Source: Thermoclostridium caenicola (GTDB lineage Bacteria > Bacillota > Clostridia > DSM-8532). From it: a DNA stretch of 29,489 nt. The notes under the pieces are model-generated. The model made no database searches. It was not told where the DNA came from and saw only the letters and a list, made by a program, of their open reading frames with translations. The stretch spans positions 1-29,489 of the forward strand of contig NZ_FQZP01000036.1 of assembly GCF_900142095.1 (NCBI RefSeq), in the 5' to 3' direction. Made by a program: the position numbers and the translations under genes. Positions within the stretch are counted from its first letter, which is position 1. Each line of letters begins with the position of its first letter. This document shows positions 14,515 to 23,992 of this stretch, in pieces.

Positions 14515-15966
14515 ATGCAAGAAACTTTGATCCTGATCGCTGTCGTTGCGGTTCTTGTACTGTTCACCTTCCTGTTCATCATCTCCCGTTATCGGAAATG
14601 CCCGTCCGACAAGATCATGGTCATCTACGGAAAAGTGGGTTCAGCCAGGGATGGCACGGCTGTCTCGGCCAAATGCATCCACGGTGGTGCCGCTTTTATC
14701 TGGCCCATTATTCAGGCCTATGAATACCTGGATCTGACGCCTATTTCCATCAGCGTTGACCTTGAGAACGCGTTGAGCAGGCAGAACATCAGGATTAATG
14801 TCCCGTCACGATTTACCGTCGGTATCTCCACCGAGCAGGGTGTTATGCAGAATGCAGCTGAAAGGTTGCTGGGACTGAAGCTGAATGAAATCCAGGAACT
14901 GGCCAAGGATATTATTTTCGGACAGTTGCGGCTTGTTGTCGCCACCATGGATATCGAGGAGATCAACACCGACCGTGACAAGTTCCTGGAAGCAGTATCC
15001 AGAAACGTTGAAACCGAACTCAAGAAAATTGGTCTGCGCCTGATTAACGTGAACGTTACCGATATCACCGATGAGTCGGGTTACATAGAAGCCCTTGGAC
15101 GGGAAGCCGCCGCCAAGGCCATCAACGATGCCAAGAAGTCTGTAGCCGAGAAGAACAGGGATGGTGCCATTGGTGAAGCCAATGCCAACAGGGATCAGAG
15201 AATCCAGGTTGCGGCTGCAAACTCTGAGGCCATTAAAGGTGAGAACGAGGCACAGGCTCAGATTGCCCTGTCCAATGCCGTCCTCCGTGAGCGCCAGGCA
15301 GAGGCCTTAAGGCGTGCCACTGCCGCAGAGAGAATCCAGGCCGCCAAGGCACTGGAAGAGTCCTATGCGGCAGAGGAAAAAGCCGAGCTTGCCCGTGCTG
15401 CCCGTGAGCGTGCTACCCAGGAAGCTGACATTCTTGTTAAAACCGAGATTGAGAAAAAGCGCATCGAGCTCGAGGCTGAAGCCAAGGCCGAGGAAACCCG
15501 CAGGCTTGCCAAGGGTGAAGCCGATGCCATCTACATGAAGATGGAGGCTCAGGCCCGCGGTATGCAGGAACTGCTGACCAAGCAGGCCCAGGGCTTTGCC
15601 CAGCTGGTAGCCGCCGCAGGCGGAAGTGCCGTTGATGCCACCAGGATGATGCTTGCCGACAAGATGGAAGATCTGATGCGGATCCAGGTTGAAGCCATCA
15701 AGAACCTGAAGATTGACAAGGTCACAGTTTGGGACAATATGAGCGGCAAGGACGGCACCCCTGCCACGGCCAATTTCCTTTCCGGCCTGCTGAAGTCCAT
15801 CCCGCCCCTGAACGATATGTACAAGATGGCCGGGTTGGAGCTCCCCGATTACCTGGGCAAGGAAATCAAACAGCCGGATACAGCGAAGGAATCGGCTGAA
15901 ACAGGTGCGAAAGAACAGGCTGCCGCAGGCAATAAGGCAGTTCCCGGCCAACAGGCAAAATCATAG
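14515..15966 (+). CDS. floT: Flotillin (SPFH/band-7) protein
   Basis: GGAGG RBS upstream of the ATG. An N-terminal hydrophobic anchor is followed by an SPFH region and a long EA-rich coiled coil (AEALRRATAAERIQAAKALEE...), the typical flotillin architecture. Confidence 0.8.
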   Translation: MQETLILIAVVAVLVLFTFLFIISRYRKCPSDKIMVIYGKVGSARDGTAVSAKCIHGGAAFIWPIIQAYEYLDLTPISISVDLENALSRQNIRINVPSRFTVGISTEQGVMQNAAERLLGLKLNEIQELAKDIIFGQLRLVVATMDIEEINTDRDKFLEAVSRNVETELKKIGLRLINVNVTDITDESGYIEALGREAAAKAINDAKKSVAEKNRDGAIGEANANRDQRIQVAAANSEAIKGENEAQAQIALSNAVLRERQAEALRRATAAERIQAAKALEESYAAEEKAELARAARERATQEADILVKTEIEKKRIELEAEAKAEETRRLAKGEADAIYMKMEAQARGMQELLTKQAQGFAQLVAAAGGSAVDATRMMLADKMEDLMRIQVEAIKNLKIDKVTVWDNMSGKDGTPATANFLSGLLKSIPPLNDMYKMAGLELPDYLGKEIKQPDTAKESAETGAKEQAAAGNKAVPGQQAKS

Positions 15967-15992
15967 ACAATTAAAAGTATTACGAAGATCAT

Positions 15993-16027
15993 AAAACCCC
16001 GGTGAATCAGTTCACCGGGGTTTTTTC
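15993..16027 (+). terminator. Intrinsic terminator: ccccggtgaa / ttcaccgggg stem, tcag loop, T6
   Basis: Perfect 10-bp stem plus U-run, 27 nt after the flotillin stop. Confidence 0.85.
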
Positions 16028-16266
16028 GGAAGGTTGTCAAACAGGCCTTAAGCCTGAAAAACCAAAAAAATAAGCAACCCAAGGCACCATTCCATGCAAG
16101 TATTTGATGAAGTATATGCAATTTGTGCCCTGGTTGCCAGGAGGACATTTCTGAAGCGCCAGCTCTCTATTTGTTCTATCTGACTGATCCCTATTGTAAT
16201 CGCTTTTTATGAAAAATCTTTTATGGATTTGTGAACAAAATTTTAACTTTGGTGCAGGGGATGAAA

Positions 16267-16293
16267 GGCAGGTCTTTGTCCTGCCAGGTTTTT
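16267..16293 (+). terminator. Orphan terminator-like hairpin (ggcagg / cctgcc, loop tctttgt) followed by agg and T5
   Basis: It lies 240 nt past the flotillin terminator and about 20 nt before the predicted promoter of the ATPase gene. No CDS precedes it. Confidence 0.35.
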
Positions 16294-16312
16294 CGGCATC
16301 CGGAGCGGTTTC

Positions 16313-16341
16313 TTGATTTTTTCCATGGCGGATTTTAATAT
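16313..16341 (+). promoter_or_regulatory. Candidate promoter: TTGATT, 17-nt spacer, TAATAT
   Basis: Read from the sequence. Confidence 0.4.
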
Positions 16342-16394
16342 TATGGAAGAACCGTCAATCGGTTCAGTACGACCAATACCTGGGGGAGCAGATA

Positions 16395-17726
16395 ATGGAA
16401 AATGACGTAAAAAAGCTTGTTGCAAGGATTGAATCACTTGTGCTGTTCAGGGACCTGCTCAAGGACGAGGTTGTCGGCAGGTTCATCCGTTTGCTGGAAA
16501 CGGTTTGCGGGGAAAACCGCGATTGCAGGGAATTTGTCAGAAGCTATTCCGACTTTTTTCACAGCCTGGTTGCGCAAAACATGGCGCAGGGACTGTCAGG
16601 GAACTGTTCCTTCGGCGATTACCTGACGCATGCCGTCCTCTATCGCGAAACCCCTGTCAGCCTGATGGCCGGACAAAACCATGCTGCCCAAATGCCCGGC
16701 TGGCTGACCGGCATGCTGGCCGGCGAACTGAATGTTCTGGGGGAAATGGCAGCGACGACATCCAGAGGGATTAAAACCGAATGGCTCCGGAACTGCAACC
16801 GGGAAGCGGATATAGTCAGCGAGCTTCCGGAATGGAGTGCGGAGCCGATTAATTACCGCTTTTTTGAAGCCGGTAAACCCTGGGGTGACAGTTCCGACCG
16901 TCTGCTCGATTTCTACAACCAATGCGGGTCAGGTATTTTTGCCCGCTACAATGGCTTTGTCTGGGAGCGTAGCGGGGAACAGGGAGTCCTGCGGGGCGTG
17001 GATGATCCCGATCCGGTGAGGCTCAGCGATTTCATCGGCTATGAGCTGCAGAGAAAGGAGATCGTTGAGAACACGCTGCGGTTCATCCGGGGCTATCCGG
17101 CCAACAATCTGCTGTTATACGGTGACCGTGGCACAGGAAAATCCTCAACGGTCAAGGCGCTTTTGAACGAGTATCATTCCCTGGGGCTTCGCCTCATTGA
17201 AGTGCCGAAGGACCTTTTGTCGGATTTCAACCATATCCTGAGAATGATCCGCAACAGGCCGCAGAAATTTATCATCTTCATCGATGATCTGTCCTTCAGC
17301 GACGGGGAGAGCAGCTATACCGCCATGAAGGCCGTCCTTGAGGGAAGCCTGGAAAACAGGCCGGCCAATGTCCTGGTATATGCTACCACCAACAGGAGGC
17401 ATCTGGTGAAGGAGCGGTTCAGCGAGCGGGCCGGACTGATGTCCGATGATCCCAATGATGAGATCCATGCGGCGGATACCATTGAAGAAAAGCTGTCCCT
17501 GGCCGATCGATTCGGTATGACCATCACCTTCACGGCCCCGGATCAGGAATCCTACCTCCGTATCGTGGAAGGGCTGGCACAGCAGCGCGGCCTCACGGTG
17601 GACAGGGATTTCCTGCGCAAGAAAGCCATACAGTGGGAGATGATGTATAACGGCCGTTCGCCAAGGACGGCGACCCAGTTCATCAACTGGCTGGAAGGCT
17701 ACCTGAAAACGCAGGAAGAAACTTAA
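16395..17726 (+). CDS. AAA+ ATPase of the DUF815/COG2607 type with an N-terminal extension of about 200 aa
   Basis: GGGGAG RBS upstream. Walker A 'LLLYGDRGTGKSSTVKALL' and Walker B 'KFIIFIDDLSF' are present. The family assignment comes from my memory of the LYG.RGTGKSS.VKA signature. Confidence 0.7.
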   Translation: MENDVKKLVARIESLVLFRDLLKDEVVGRFIRLLETVCGENRDCREFVRSYSDFFHSLVAQNMAQGLSGNCSFGDYLTHAVLYRETPVSLMAGQNHAAQMPGWLTGMLAGELNVLGEMAATTSRGIKTEWLRNCNREADIVSELPEWSAEPINYRFFEAGKPWGDSSDRLLDFYNQCGSGIFARYNGFVWERSGEQGVLRGVDDPDPVRLSDFIGYELQRKEIVENTLRFIRGYPANNLLLYGDRGTGKSSTVKALLNEYHSLGLRLIEVPKDLLSDFNHILRMIRNRPQKFIIFIDDLSFSDGESSYTAMKAVLEGSLENRPANVLVYATTNRRHLVKERFSERAGLMSDDPNDEIHAADTIEEKLSLADRFGMTITFTAPDQESYLRIVEGLAQQRGLTVDRDFLRKKAIQWEMMYNGRSPRTATQFINWLEGYLKTQEET

Positions 17727-17777
17727 GCAGGAAGGAAATGGCGGCTGAACACAAGGCTGTGATGATGTGCGAAAAGA

Positions 17778-17813
17778 AACCGGGGCTGCCCCTCAAATGG
17801 GCTGACCCCGGTT
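17778..17813. terminator. Convergent-gene terminator hairpin: aaccgggg / ccccggtt outer stem with a nested inner stem
   Basis: On the minus strand it is followed by TTCTTTTC, which suits the vWA gene. It is weaker as a + strand terminator. Confidence 0.5.
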
Positions 17814-17879
17814 ATTGAATGTACTCCGATTCTTCGAGAAGGTGTTGATAGGCTATACCGCAAGACTTTCACAGAACAT

Positions 17880-20393
17880 TTATTGCTTGTAGAAAACCGT
17901 ATCGCCGTTAAACAGCTCAATTCTGGTTATCACGATGGATGTGAAATCCAGCGCGCCGTACTTGTACTCCAGTCTGTATTTGTCGTAGAATTCACCTTCC
18001 CTGGTTGCCTTGATCCTTTCCAGGGTTCCCGTGGCATTAAGGCCGGGCCTGTTGCTGTCATAAATGGTCAGGTAGATCTTGTTGGGATTGCTCAGGTCGT
18101 ATGCCATGCTGGTAACAAGTACGGCATGACCGCCCAGGGAACATTCCAGGCCGACCAGGACCGGTTTTCCGCTGTCCAGGAGTTTTATCATGGGTTCGAT
18201 CAGTTCATCCTTGGTCATGATGTTTTCGCTTCCCCGGATCATGATCCCTATCTCACGGCTCGCCAATGAATCCAGCTGGGCCTTGTGATTCCTGTTGATC
18301 AACCGGATGATGTCCAGTTCGGCGGGCGGGACATTGACTTGGGCAATGTCGGACCACGCGTCGAAGGATGCCTCCTCGTACCGGATGACTCTCTGTCCGT
18401 CCACTGTTTTTTGTCTTTCAACAGTTCTGATAACAAACCCGGTATCGATCAGCTTTTGCCTGTATTTTGCGTCGATTACCCCGGTATTGCCGTTAACGCT
18501 CATCAAATCATCCCAGTGAGGCGGATTGTCGATCAGGAAAAGGGTGGGAACATGGATGTCATAAGGATTCCTGGTATTGAGCAGTTCGCGGGTGCTCTCA
18601 TCCAGGCGGAGTTCCCTGAGAAATTCCTCTTCCATGGCCCATGCGGCAATACCCCTGAGCTTGGTCTTATTGAGCTCATAGGGCAGCGCTTTTTCGTAAA
18701 TCAGCTTGGTTGTCATCGCGAAACCGAAGCAATTGCCTCCCGGCGAGTTCTCATCGCCGAAATTCTCAAAGGGGAATCCGTTGATGTCCGACCTGAAACC
18801 GCTGTCAGCGATCATTTGCGCGTCCGGAGTGCCGTCCCCGTTCTGGTCAACTTCCAGTTCATTGAGGGATGACAGGAGCCGTTCAAGCAGTTTGCTCAGG
18901 GCATCGGAATCTCTCACATGGATATAGACGCCTTCGGTTTCGGCGGCGATCTTTTGAAGCAGGGCTTCGTCACAATCCCCAAGACCGATGGTGATGATCT
19001 CCACCCGCAGGTTCTTGGCCTTGGACAGGACCGAAGACAGGCTTGGCGTGTATTGAAACCAACTGGTTGCGGAATAGCCGTCGGTCAAAAGGATCATGTA
19101 TTTCTTGTTGTAGGACTTCTTGGAAAACTCATCGAGTCCGTCGTTAATGGCCGTTTCAATGGATGTACCGTCAAAGGTCTGGTATTCGGTTTTGAGCTTT
19201 TCAAGGCTTGATTTCACCGTTTCCTTTGAATCGGTCATCCCGGTTACCCGGTGATAGTGGGCCTGGAATGCGCCCACGGAAAACAGGAACTTATCGCTGT
19301 TAAGGCTGCCGACAAGATCCTGCATCAGGGTTACCCGGTTAAAATCGACATCATGGCCGTATTCCGAAGGATCCGCGTTGGTATTGTCCGTCACATAGTC
19401 CATGGGGAACATGGAGCCGGAGTTGTCGAGGACCAGGGCGACTTCGGTCTTGATCTGGTCCGGCTTTTTCGACAGGTAGCCCAATCCGAATATCTGCTGA
19501 TTTTGGATGGTTGCGCTAATGGTCTGCCTGTCTTTGTTGACAGCTGATTCGAGCCAGGAGATCTCGCCCGTTTTCCTGTCATAGGTGAAGATGCCCACGT
19601 CATCGGCATCGATCCCGGGCTCCAGGTCAAACACAACACGCACCTTTTCGATGGTGGAGGTACCCTTTTCATGTTCTCCGAATTTCAGGGGAGAAGTCAG
19701 CTGGCAGATGCTTCCGATGACGAAATCACTCTCTTCCAGCTCCTTTACCTGGATTTCATCCACAAAGACATCGGCGATATTGCCGTAGCCCGAAACATAA
19801 ATCCGGCAGGATCCCTTGTCGATGGTGTAATTTCGCCGCTCATCAAAATTGTCTTTCACAAGCGGATCCAGCCCGAGAAACAACTCATGAGTATCGATAT
19901 AGCCGTCACCGTCGGTATCCGCACGGTATGGATCGGTGCCGTACTTCTCTCGTTCTTCACGATCGGTGATGCCGTCCCCGTCCGTATCCAAATCATCGTA
20001 ATAGGACTGCGGCAGGTCAAAAAGGAGCGAAGCAGCCCGAACTTCCGGATCGGATGCGGTGTAATCCCTTGCAAGGGTGAACTCCTTCTCGATGATATGC
20101 CCCTTGTACTCTGCCTCGAGTATGTAATCGCCAAACCCGCTCAACTGCGATACGAGCGATACGCCGGAACGCACCGGCCTGCCGTTCAGGCGGATCTCCA
20201 GTTCAGCCTCGTTGAAAAACAGATCCCAGACTTTTGCCTCGATCTGAAGATCCTGAATATCTGAAACATGGACATCCCCTGTCAGGGTTTCTATGGCTTT
20301 GCTCCAGCGCAGGCTTGTTCTGGTCAGCAAAAAAACGGCCGCCAAAAGGACCGCCAGGATGATGGCAGACAGGATAAGTTTTTTCTTTTTCAT
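17880..20393 (-). CDS. Large secreted protein carrying Ca-binding Asp-rich (TSP3-like) repeats, a vWA domain and a C-terminal papain-fold-like Cys/His/Asp domain
   Basis: ORF 17880-20423. The start was moved to ATG 20393 (GGAGG 5 nt upstream), giving a signal peptide MKKKKLILSAIILAVLLAAVF. Ca-binding repeats: DTDGDGITD and DTDGDGYID. vWA MIDAS: 'ALVLDNSGSM' and 'ILLTDG'. The C-terminal domain has 'GGNCFGFAMT', then 'GGHAVLVTSMAYD', then 'IYDSNRPG', an ordered Cys-His-Asp triad reminiscent of C39-like or transglutaminase-like peptidases. Confidence 0.75.
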   Translation of the reverse strand: MKKKKLILSAIILAVLLAAVFLLTRTSLRWSKAIETLTGDVHVSDIQDLQIEAKVWDLFFNEAELEIRLNGRPVRSGVSLVSQLSGFGDYILEAEYKGHIIEKEFTLARDYTASDPEVRAASLLFDLPQSYYDDLDTDGDGITDREEREKYGTDPYRADTDGDGYIDTHELFLGLDPLVKDNFDERRNYTIDKGSCRIYVSGYGNIADVFVDEIQVKELEESDFVIGSICQLTSPLKFGEHEKGTSTIEKVRVVFDLEPGIDADDVGIFTYDRKTGEISWLESAVNKDRQTISATIQNQQIFGLGYLSKKPDQIKTEVALVLDNSGSMFPMDYVTDNTNADPSEYGHDVDFNRVTLMQDLVGSLNSDKFLFSVGAFQAHYHRVTGMTDSKETVKSSLEKLKTEYQTFDGTSIETAINDGLDEFSKKSYNKKYMILLTDGYSATSWFQYTPSLSSVLSKAKNLRVEIITIGLGDCDEALLQKIAAETEGVYIHVRDSDALSKLLERLLSSLNELEVDQNGDGTPDAQMIADSGFRSDINGFPFENFGDENSPGGNCFGFAMTTKLIYEKALPYELNKTKLRGIAAWAMEEEFLRELRLDESTRELLNTRNPYDIHVPTLFLIDNPPHWDDLMSVNGNTGVIDAKYRQKLIDTGFVIRTVERQKTVDGQRVIRYEEASFDAWSDIAQVNVPPAELDIIRLINRNHKAQLDSLASREIGIMIRGSENIMTKDELIEPMIKLLDSGKPVLVGLECSLGGHAVLVTSMAYDLSNPNKIYLTIYDSNRPGLNATGTLERIKATREGEFYDKYRLEYKYGALDFTSIVITRIELFNGDTVFYKQ

Positions 20394-20623
20394 GACAACC
20401 TCCAAGCGAAGACATTTCAGCATGATGCTGCCGTAGACCAGAAATATCCTACCATATCAGCCGGATTGAAGGAATATCCATTTTGGGTAAACCTATCCGA
20501 ATAACCGGACTGATTTTTCACGATTTATCCAATCATGCCTCTTTGTGAATTTTGCATGGGTTTCATATTTCTGGCCGGAAGCGATCATACTAAGAAGGAA
20601 ACAACTGGACAGAGGGTGAGACC

Positions 20624-22243
20624 ATGGATATCTTCTCAAGCTATCGTTTGGTCAAGGTGGAAGACGGGTATGATCTGGAACTGTTCCTGGACAATCCTGC
20701 CATGAATGACGCAGAGTTTGCCGAGGAGTTCAACCGGATCGATCCGGAGAACAGGCAGCGACTCGACCGCAACATCATGGACTATATCCGCGAAAAGTTC
20801 CCGGATCTTAAGATCCGTACGGTCAGGATCATGGTGGGATCCTTGCTATTGGCTTCTTTTATCTATACGGCACCGGTCCAGGCCGCGGATACCACCGCTT
20901 CGGCCAAAACCGTGCAGGCTGTCCAGGCAGAAGGGGATTTCGACTATTCGGCCCGGATCAGCATCAACGGGCAGCTTCAATCCTTCAACAGCAAACCCTT
21001 CTTTTACAATTACACCACTTACGTGAACCTGTACGAATTCGGGAATAAAATCGGCGCCAGCGTCTGGTGGAACGATGCCTCCAATACGGTTGGCATCAAC
21101 AAGAACGGAACCCAGATAGCCTTTATGCGCGGTTCAACCGTTGCCAGGGTGAACGGCAAGCAGGTTTCCATGCCCAAATCCCTGGTGGTGAACGGCGTGA
21201 CTTATGCGCCGCTGAAATTTATCGCAGAGAATCTGGGATATCAGGTGACCCTGGACAGCGCCACCAACACCGTCATGGTCAACAGCAAAACCAGCCAAAC
21301 CCAAACCGGAAATGCGGGCGTTTACACGGTTGCGGCGGGGGATACCCTCTGGAACATCGCACAGCGCTATCAGACCACCGTGGATAATCTGAAAAAGCTC
21401 AACAACCTGACCTCCGACACCATATACCCCGGTCAGCAACTGATCCTGTACAGAAGTCATGTGGTCAAGTCCGGCGATACCCTCTGGCGCCTGGCCCAGA
21501 ACTATGGTGTCAGTGTGGAAGATATCAGGAAAGTGAACAAGCTGACGTCGGATACGATATATGTGGGACAGACCTTGTATATTCCCGGGACTACTGCAGC
21601 AGCGACTCCCGCCAAACCCTCGCCGGTCACATCCTGGCCGGATGTTACCTATATCGTCCAGCCAGGGGACACCGTGTACTCTGTGGCCAAGAAGTTTGGT
21701 ATCAGCCAGCAGGATTTGCTGAAGTACAATTACATGGATCCGGATCAATGGCTGAATGCGGGGGATAAAATCGCCATATCGGGCTATGCGCCCAGAACGT
21801 ATACGGTAACACCGGGTCAGGATCCCGCACCGGCAAGGAAAGGCGCGCTGGTGGACTGGCAAACGGAAGGGAAGTACCTGCTTAAAAGAAACAGCACCTT
21901 CACCATCGTGGATGTGGATACCGGAAAGCAGTTCAAAGCCGTGATGATAGGCGGCTACAACCATGCGGATATCGAGCCTGCCACACGGGCCGATACGGAA
22001 ATTATGAAGTCGATCTTCGGCACGTGGAAATGGTCGCCGCGGGCGGTGGTGGTGCATATCAACGGCATCAACATTGCAGCGTCCCTTTCCGGCATGCCCC
22101 ACGGCGCCGATACGGTAACCGACAACGGGGTCAACGGCATGTTTGACCTGTACCTGAAGGGCAGCACATCCCACAGCAGCAGCACATCCAAGGTCTATAT
22201 CCAGGAACATGCCAACATGGTGCTGAAAGCTGCCGGACGCTGA
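20624..22243 (+). CDS. Cell-wall-binding protein with an N-terminal cytoplasmic segment, a TM helix, a copper-amine-oxidase-N-like domain, three LysM domains and an unassigned C-terminal domain
   Basis: GAGGGTGA RBS upstream. Three LysM repeats are present ([16 protein letters not shown]..., [16 protein letters not shown]... and [16 protein letters not shown]...). '[20 protein letters not shown]' is typical of the copper amine oxidase N-terminal-like fold. Confidence 0.75.
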   Translation: MDIFSSYRLVKVEDGYDLELFLDNPAMNDAEFAEEFNRIDPENRQRLDRNIMDYIREKFPDLKIRTVRIMVGSLLLASFIYTAPVQAADTTASAKTVQAVQAEGDFDYSARISINGQLQSFNSKPFFYNYTTYVNLYEFGNKIGASVWWNDASNTVGINKNGTQIAFMRGSTVARVNGKQVSMPKSLVVNGVTYAPLKFIAENLGYQVTLDSATNTVMVNSKTSQTQTGNAGVYTVAAGDTLWNIAQRYQTTVDNLKKLNNLTSDTIYPGQQLILYRSHVVKSGDTLWRLAQNYGVSVEDIRKVNKLTSDTIYVGQTLYIPGTTAAATPAKPSPVTSWPDVTYIVQPGDTVYSVAKKFGISQQDLLKYNYMDPDQWLNAGDKIAISGYAPRTYTVTPGQDPAPARKGALVDWQTEGKYLLKRNSTFTIVDVDTGKQFKAVMIGGYNHADIEPATRADTEIMKSIFGTWKWSPRAVVVHINGINIAASLSGMPHGADTVTDNGVNGMFDLYLKGSTSHSSSTSKVYIQEHANMVLKAAGR

Positions 22244-22343
22244 GCAGGTGAGGTCAGCCTTGTCCGCCAAAGCTGTCATTGCGGGCGGAACGGAGTGGAG
22301 CGCGGCAATCTCCGGAAAGCGAAGTAACAATCCCTCATATAAC

Positions 22344-22388
22344 AAAACCCCGCGGCAGGTGACTGTATCAGTCCGCCACGGGGTTCGC
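22344..22388. terminator. Imperfect hairpin (aaccccgcggc ... gccacggggtt) between the convergent LysM and hcp genes
   Basis: It is an 11-bp stem with one mismatch and has weak flanking A/T tracts. Confidence 0.35.
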
Positions 22389-22409
22389 TATATGAATCAG
22401 CATGCATCC

Positions 22410-23972
22410 TTAGCCCAGGATGGCCTTCAGATCCTGTTCGGGTGTGCTGATGGGCTTGATGCCGAACTTCTCAACCAGCACGCTGAGCACGTTCGAGGAG
22501 AAGAAGGCCGGAACAGAAGGCCCGATGTAGATATTCCTGATGCCCAGGGCCAGGAGTGTCAAAAGGATGCATACTGCCTTCTGCTCATACCAGGAGAGCA
22601 CGAGGGTCAGCGGCAGTTCGTTCACATCGCAGTTGAAGGCCTTGGAAAGCGCCAGCGCAACCTGGATGGCCGAGTAAGCGTCATTGCACTGGCCCATGTC
22701 CATGATTCTCGGCAGGCCGCCGATCTCGCCCAACTGGAGGTCGTTAAACCTGAACTTGCCGCAGGCGAGCGTCAGGATGACCGTATCGGCGGGGGTCTGC
22801 TTCACAAAGTCGGTGTAGTAGTTTCTGCCGGTCTTTGCGCCGTCGCAGCCGCCAACCAGGAAGAAGTGCCTGATGGCACCGGTCTTTACGGCCTCAATCA
22901 CCTTGTCGGCCACACCCAGGACCGTGTTCCTGGCAAAGCCGGTTATGAGCTCGGTTCCACCGTTGATGCCGGCCATCACATGATCCTCGGGATAACCGCC
23001 CAGCTCAAGTGCCTTTTCAATGACTGGAGTGAAATCCTTATAGCCTTTTTCATCCGCCGGGATATGGACCAGGCCAGGATAGCCGACAACGGCCGTGGTG
23101 AAGATCCTGTCGCTGTAATTGGGCTTTGGCGGCATCAGGCAGTTGGTAGTGAAGAGTACCGGAGCCGGGATATCCATGAACTCCTTCTGCTGGTTCTGCC
23201 ATGCGGTGCCGAAGTTGCCTTTCAGGTGCGGATATTTCTTAAGCTCAGGATAACCGTGGGCAGGCAGCATCTCGCCATGGGTATAGATGTTGATGCCCTT
23301 GCCGTTTGTCTGCTCCAGCAGCATTTTCAGATCATGCAGGTCGTGACCGCTGATCACGATGAAGGGACCCTTCTCAATAATGGTTGAAACCTTGGTGGGT
23401 ACGGGGTGACCGTAAGCGGACGTGTTGGCTTCGTCGAGAAGCGCCATGCACTTGAGGTTTACATGCCCGAATTCCATGAGCAGGTCCAGCCATTCCTCCA
23501 CGGTATGCTCTTCGCCAATGGCTCGCATGCCCTTGAAGAACCACTCGTTGACCTCCTGATCCTGCTTCCCCAATACATAGGCATGATGGGCATAGGCAGC
23601 CATGCCCCGGATACCGAGGAGCAGGGTGGAGCGCAGTGACACGATATCCGGGTCACCCTCCCAGAGGGCTGTTTCAGAAAAGTTCTCCGCCCCCCCGAGC
23701 TTGTCCTTTTCCTCTTCAATCTGCCTCTTCAGATCATCGATTCTCTCCGGGTCAAAATTGACGTTGGTGATGGTGGCGAACAAACCATCTATCATGAGTT
23801 CAACAGCCCGCCTGGAAGGTTTTTTCCCGGATGCGGCCCTGGCCAGGCCAACCAGGGCACCGGTGAGGGCATCCTGCTTGTTGGCAACCAGGGCGGATTT
23901 TCCACATACTCCCGCCATGGTGCAGGCCTTTCCTCCTGCAGTCTGTTCACACTGGAAGCAAAACATTGACAT
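22410..23972 (-). CDS. hcp: Hydroxylamine reductase (hybrid-cluster protein)
   Basis: The N-terminus MSMFCFQCEQTAGGKACT...GVCGK is the hallmark Hcp cysteine motif. The protein is 520 aa. AGGAGG lies upstream of the ATG. Confidence 0.9.
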   Translation of the reverse strand: MSMFCFQCEQTAGGKACTMAGVCGKSALVANKQDALTGALVGLARAASGKKPSRRAVELMIDGLFATITNVNFDPERIDDLKRQIEEEKDKLGGAENFSETALWEGDPDIVSLRSTLLLGIRGMAAYAHHAYVLGKQDQEVNEWFFKGMRAIGEEHTVEEWLDLLMEFGHVNLKCMALLDEANTSAYGHPVPTKVSTIIEKGPFIVISGHDLHDLKMLLEQTNGKGINIYTHGEMLPAHGYPELKKYPHLKGNFGTAWQNQQKEFMDIPAPVLFTTNCLMPPKPNYSDRIFTTAVVGYPGLVHIPADEKGYKDFTPVIEKALELGGYPEDHVMAGINGGTELITGFARNTVLGVADKVIEAVKTGAIRHFFLVGGCDGAKTGRNYYTDFVKQTPADTVILTLACGKFRFNDLQLGEIGGLPRIMDMGQCNDAYSAIQVALALSKAFNCDVNELPLTLVLSWYEQKAVCILLTLLALGIRNIYIGPSVPAFFSSNVLSVLVEKFGIKPISTPEQDLKAILG

Positions 23973-23992
23973 AATTCATTTCCTCCTTGCAT

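Noticed and set aside
15100-15560. Repetitive DNA within floT, and the Asp-rich repeats within the vWA gene (19860-20000)
   Set aside because: These are coding low-complexity regions (an EA-rich coiled coil and Ca-binding repeats), not mobile or CRISPR repeats.
14515-20393. Treating NfeD-flotillin, the AAA+ ATPase and the vWA protein as one novel multi-gene system
   Set aside because: Strong terminators separate floT from the ATPase gene. The ATPase and vWA genes are convergent, and the vWA product is secreted. The sequence gives no evidence of co-transcription.
21134-22345. A 403-aa ORF antisense to the LysM gene
   Set aside because: It has a His/Gly/Arg-rich shadow-ORF composition typical of the reverse strand of a GC-rich gene. 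It has no RBS and lies entirely inside a well-supported CDS.
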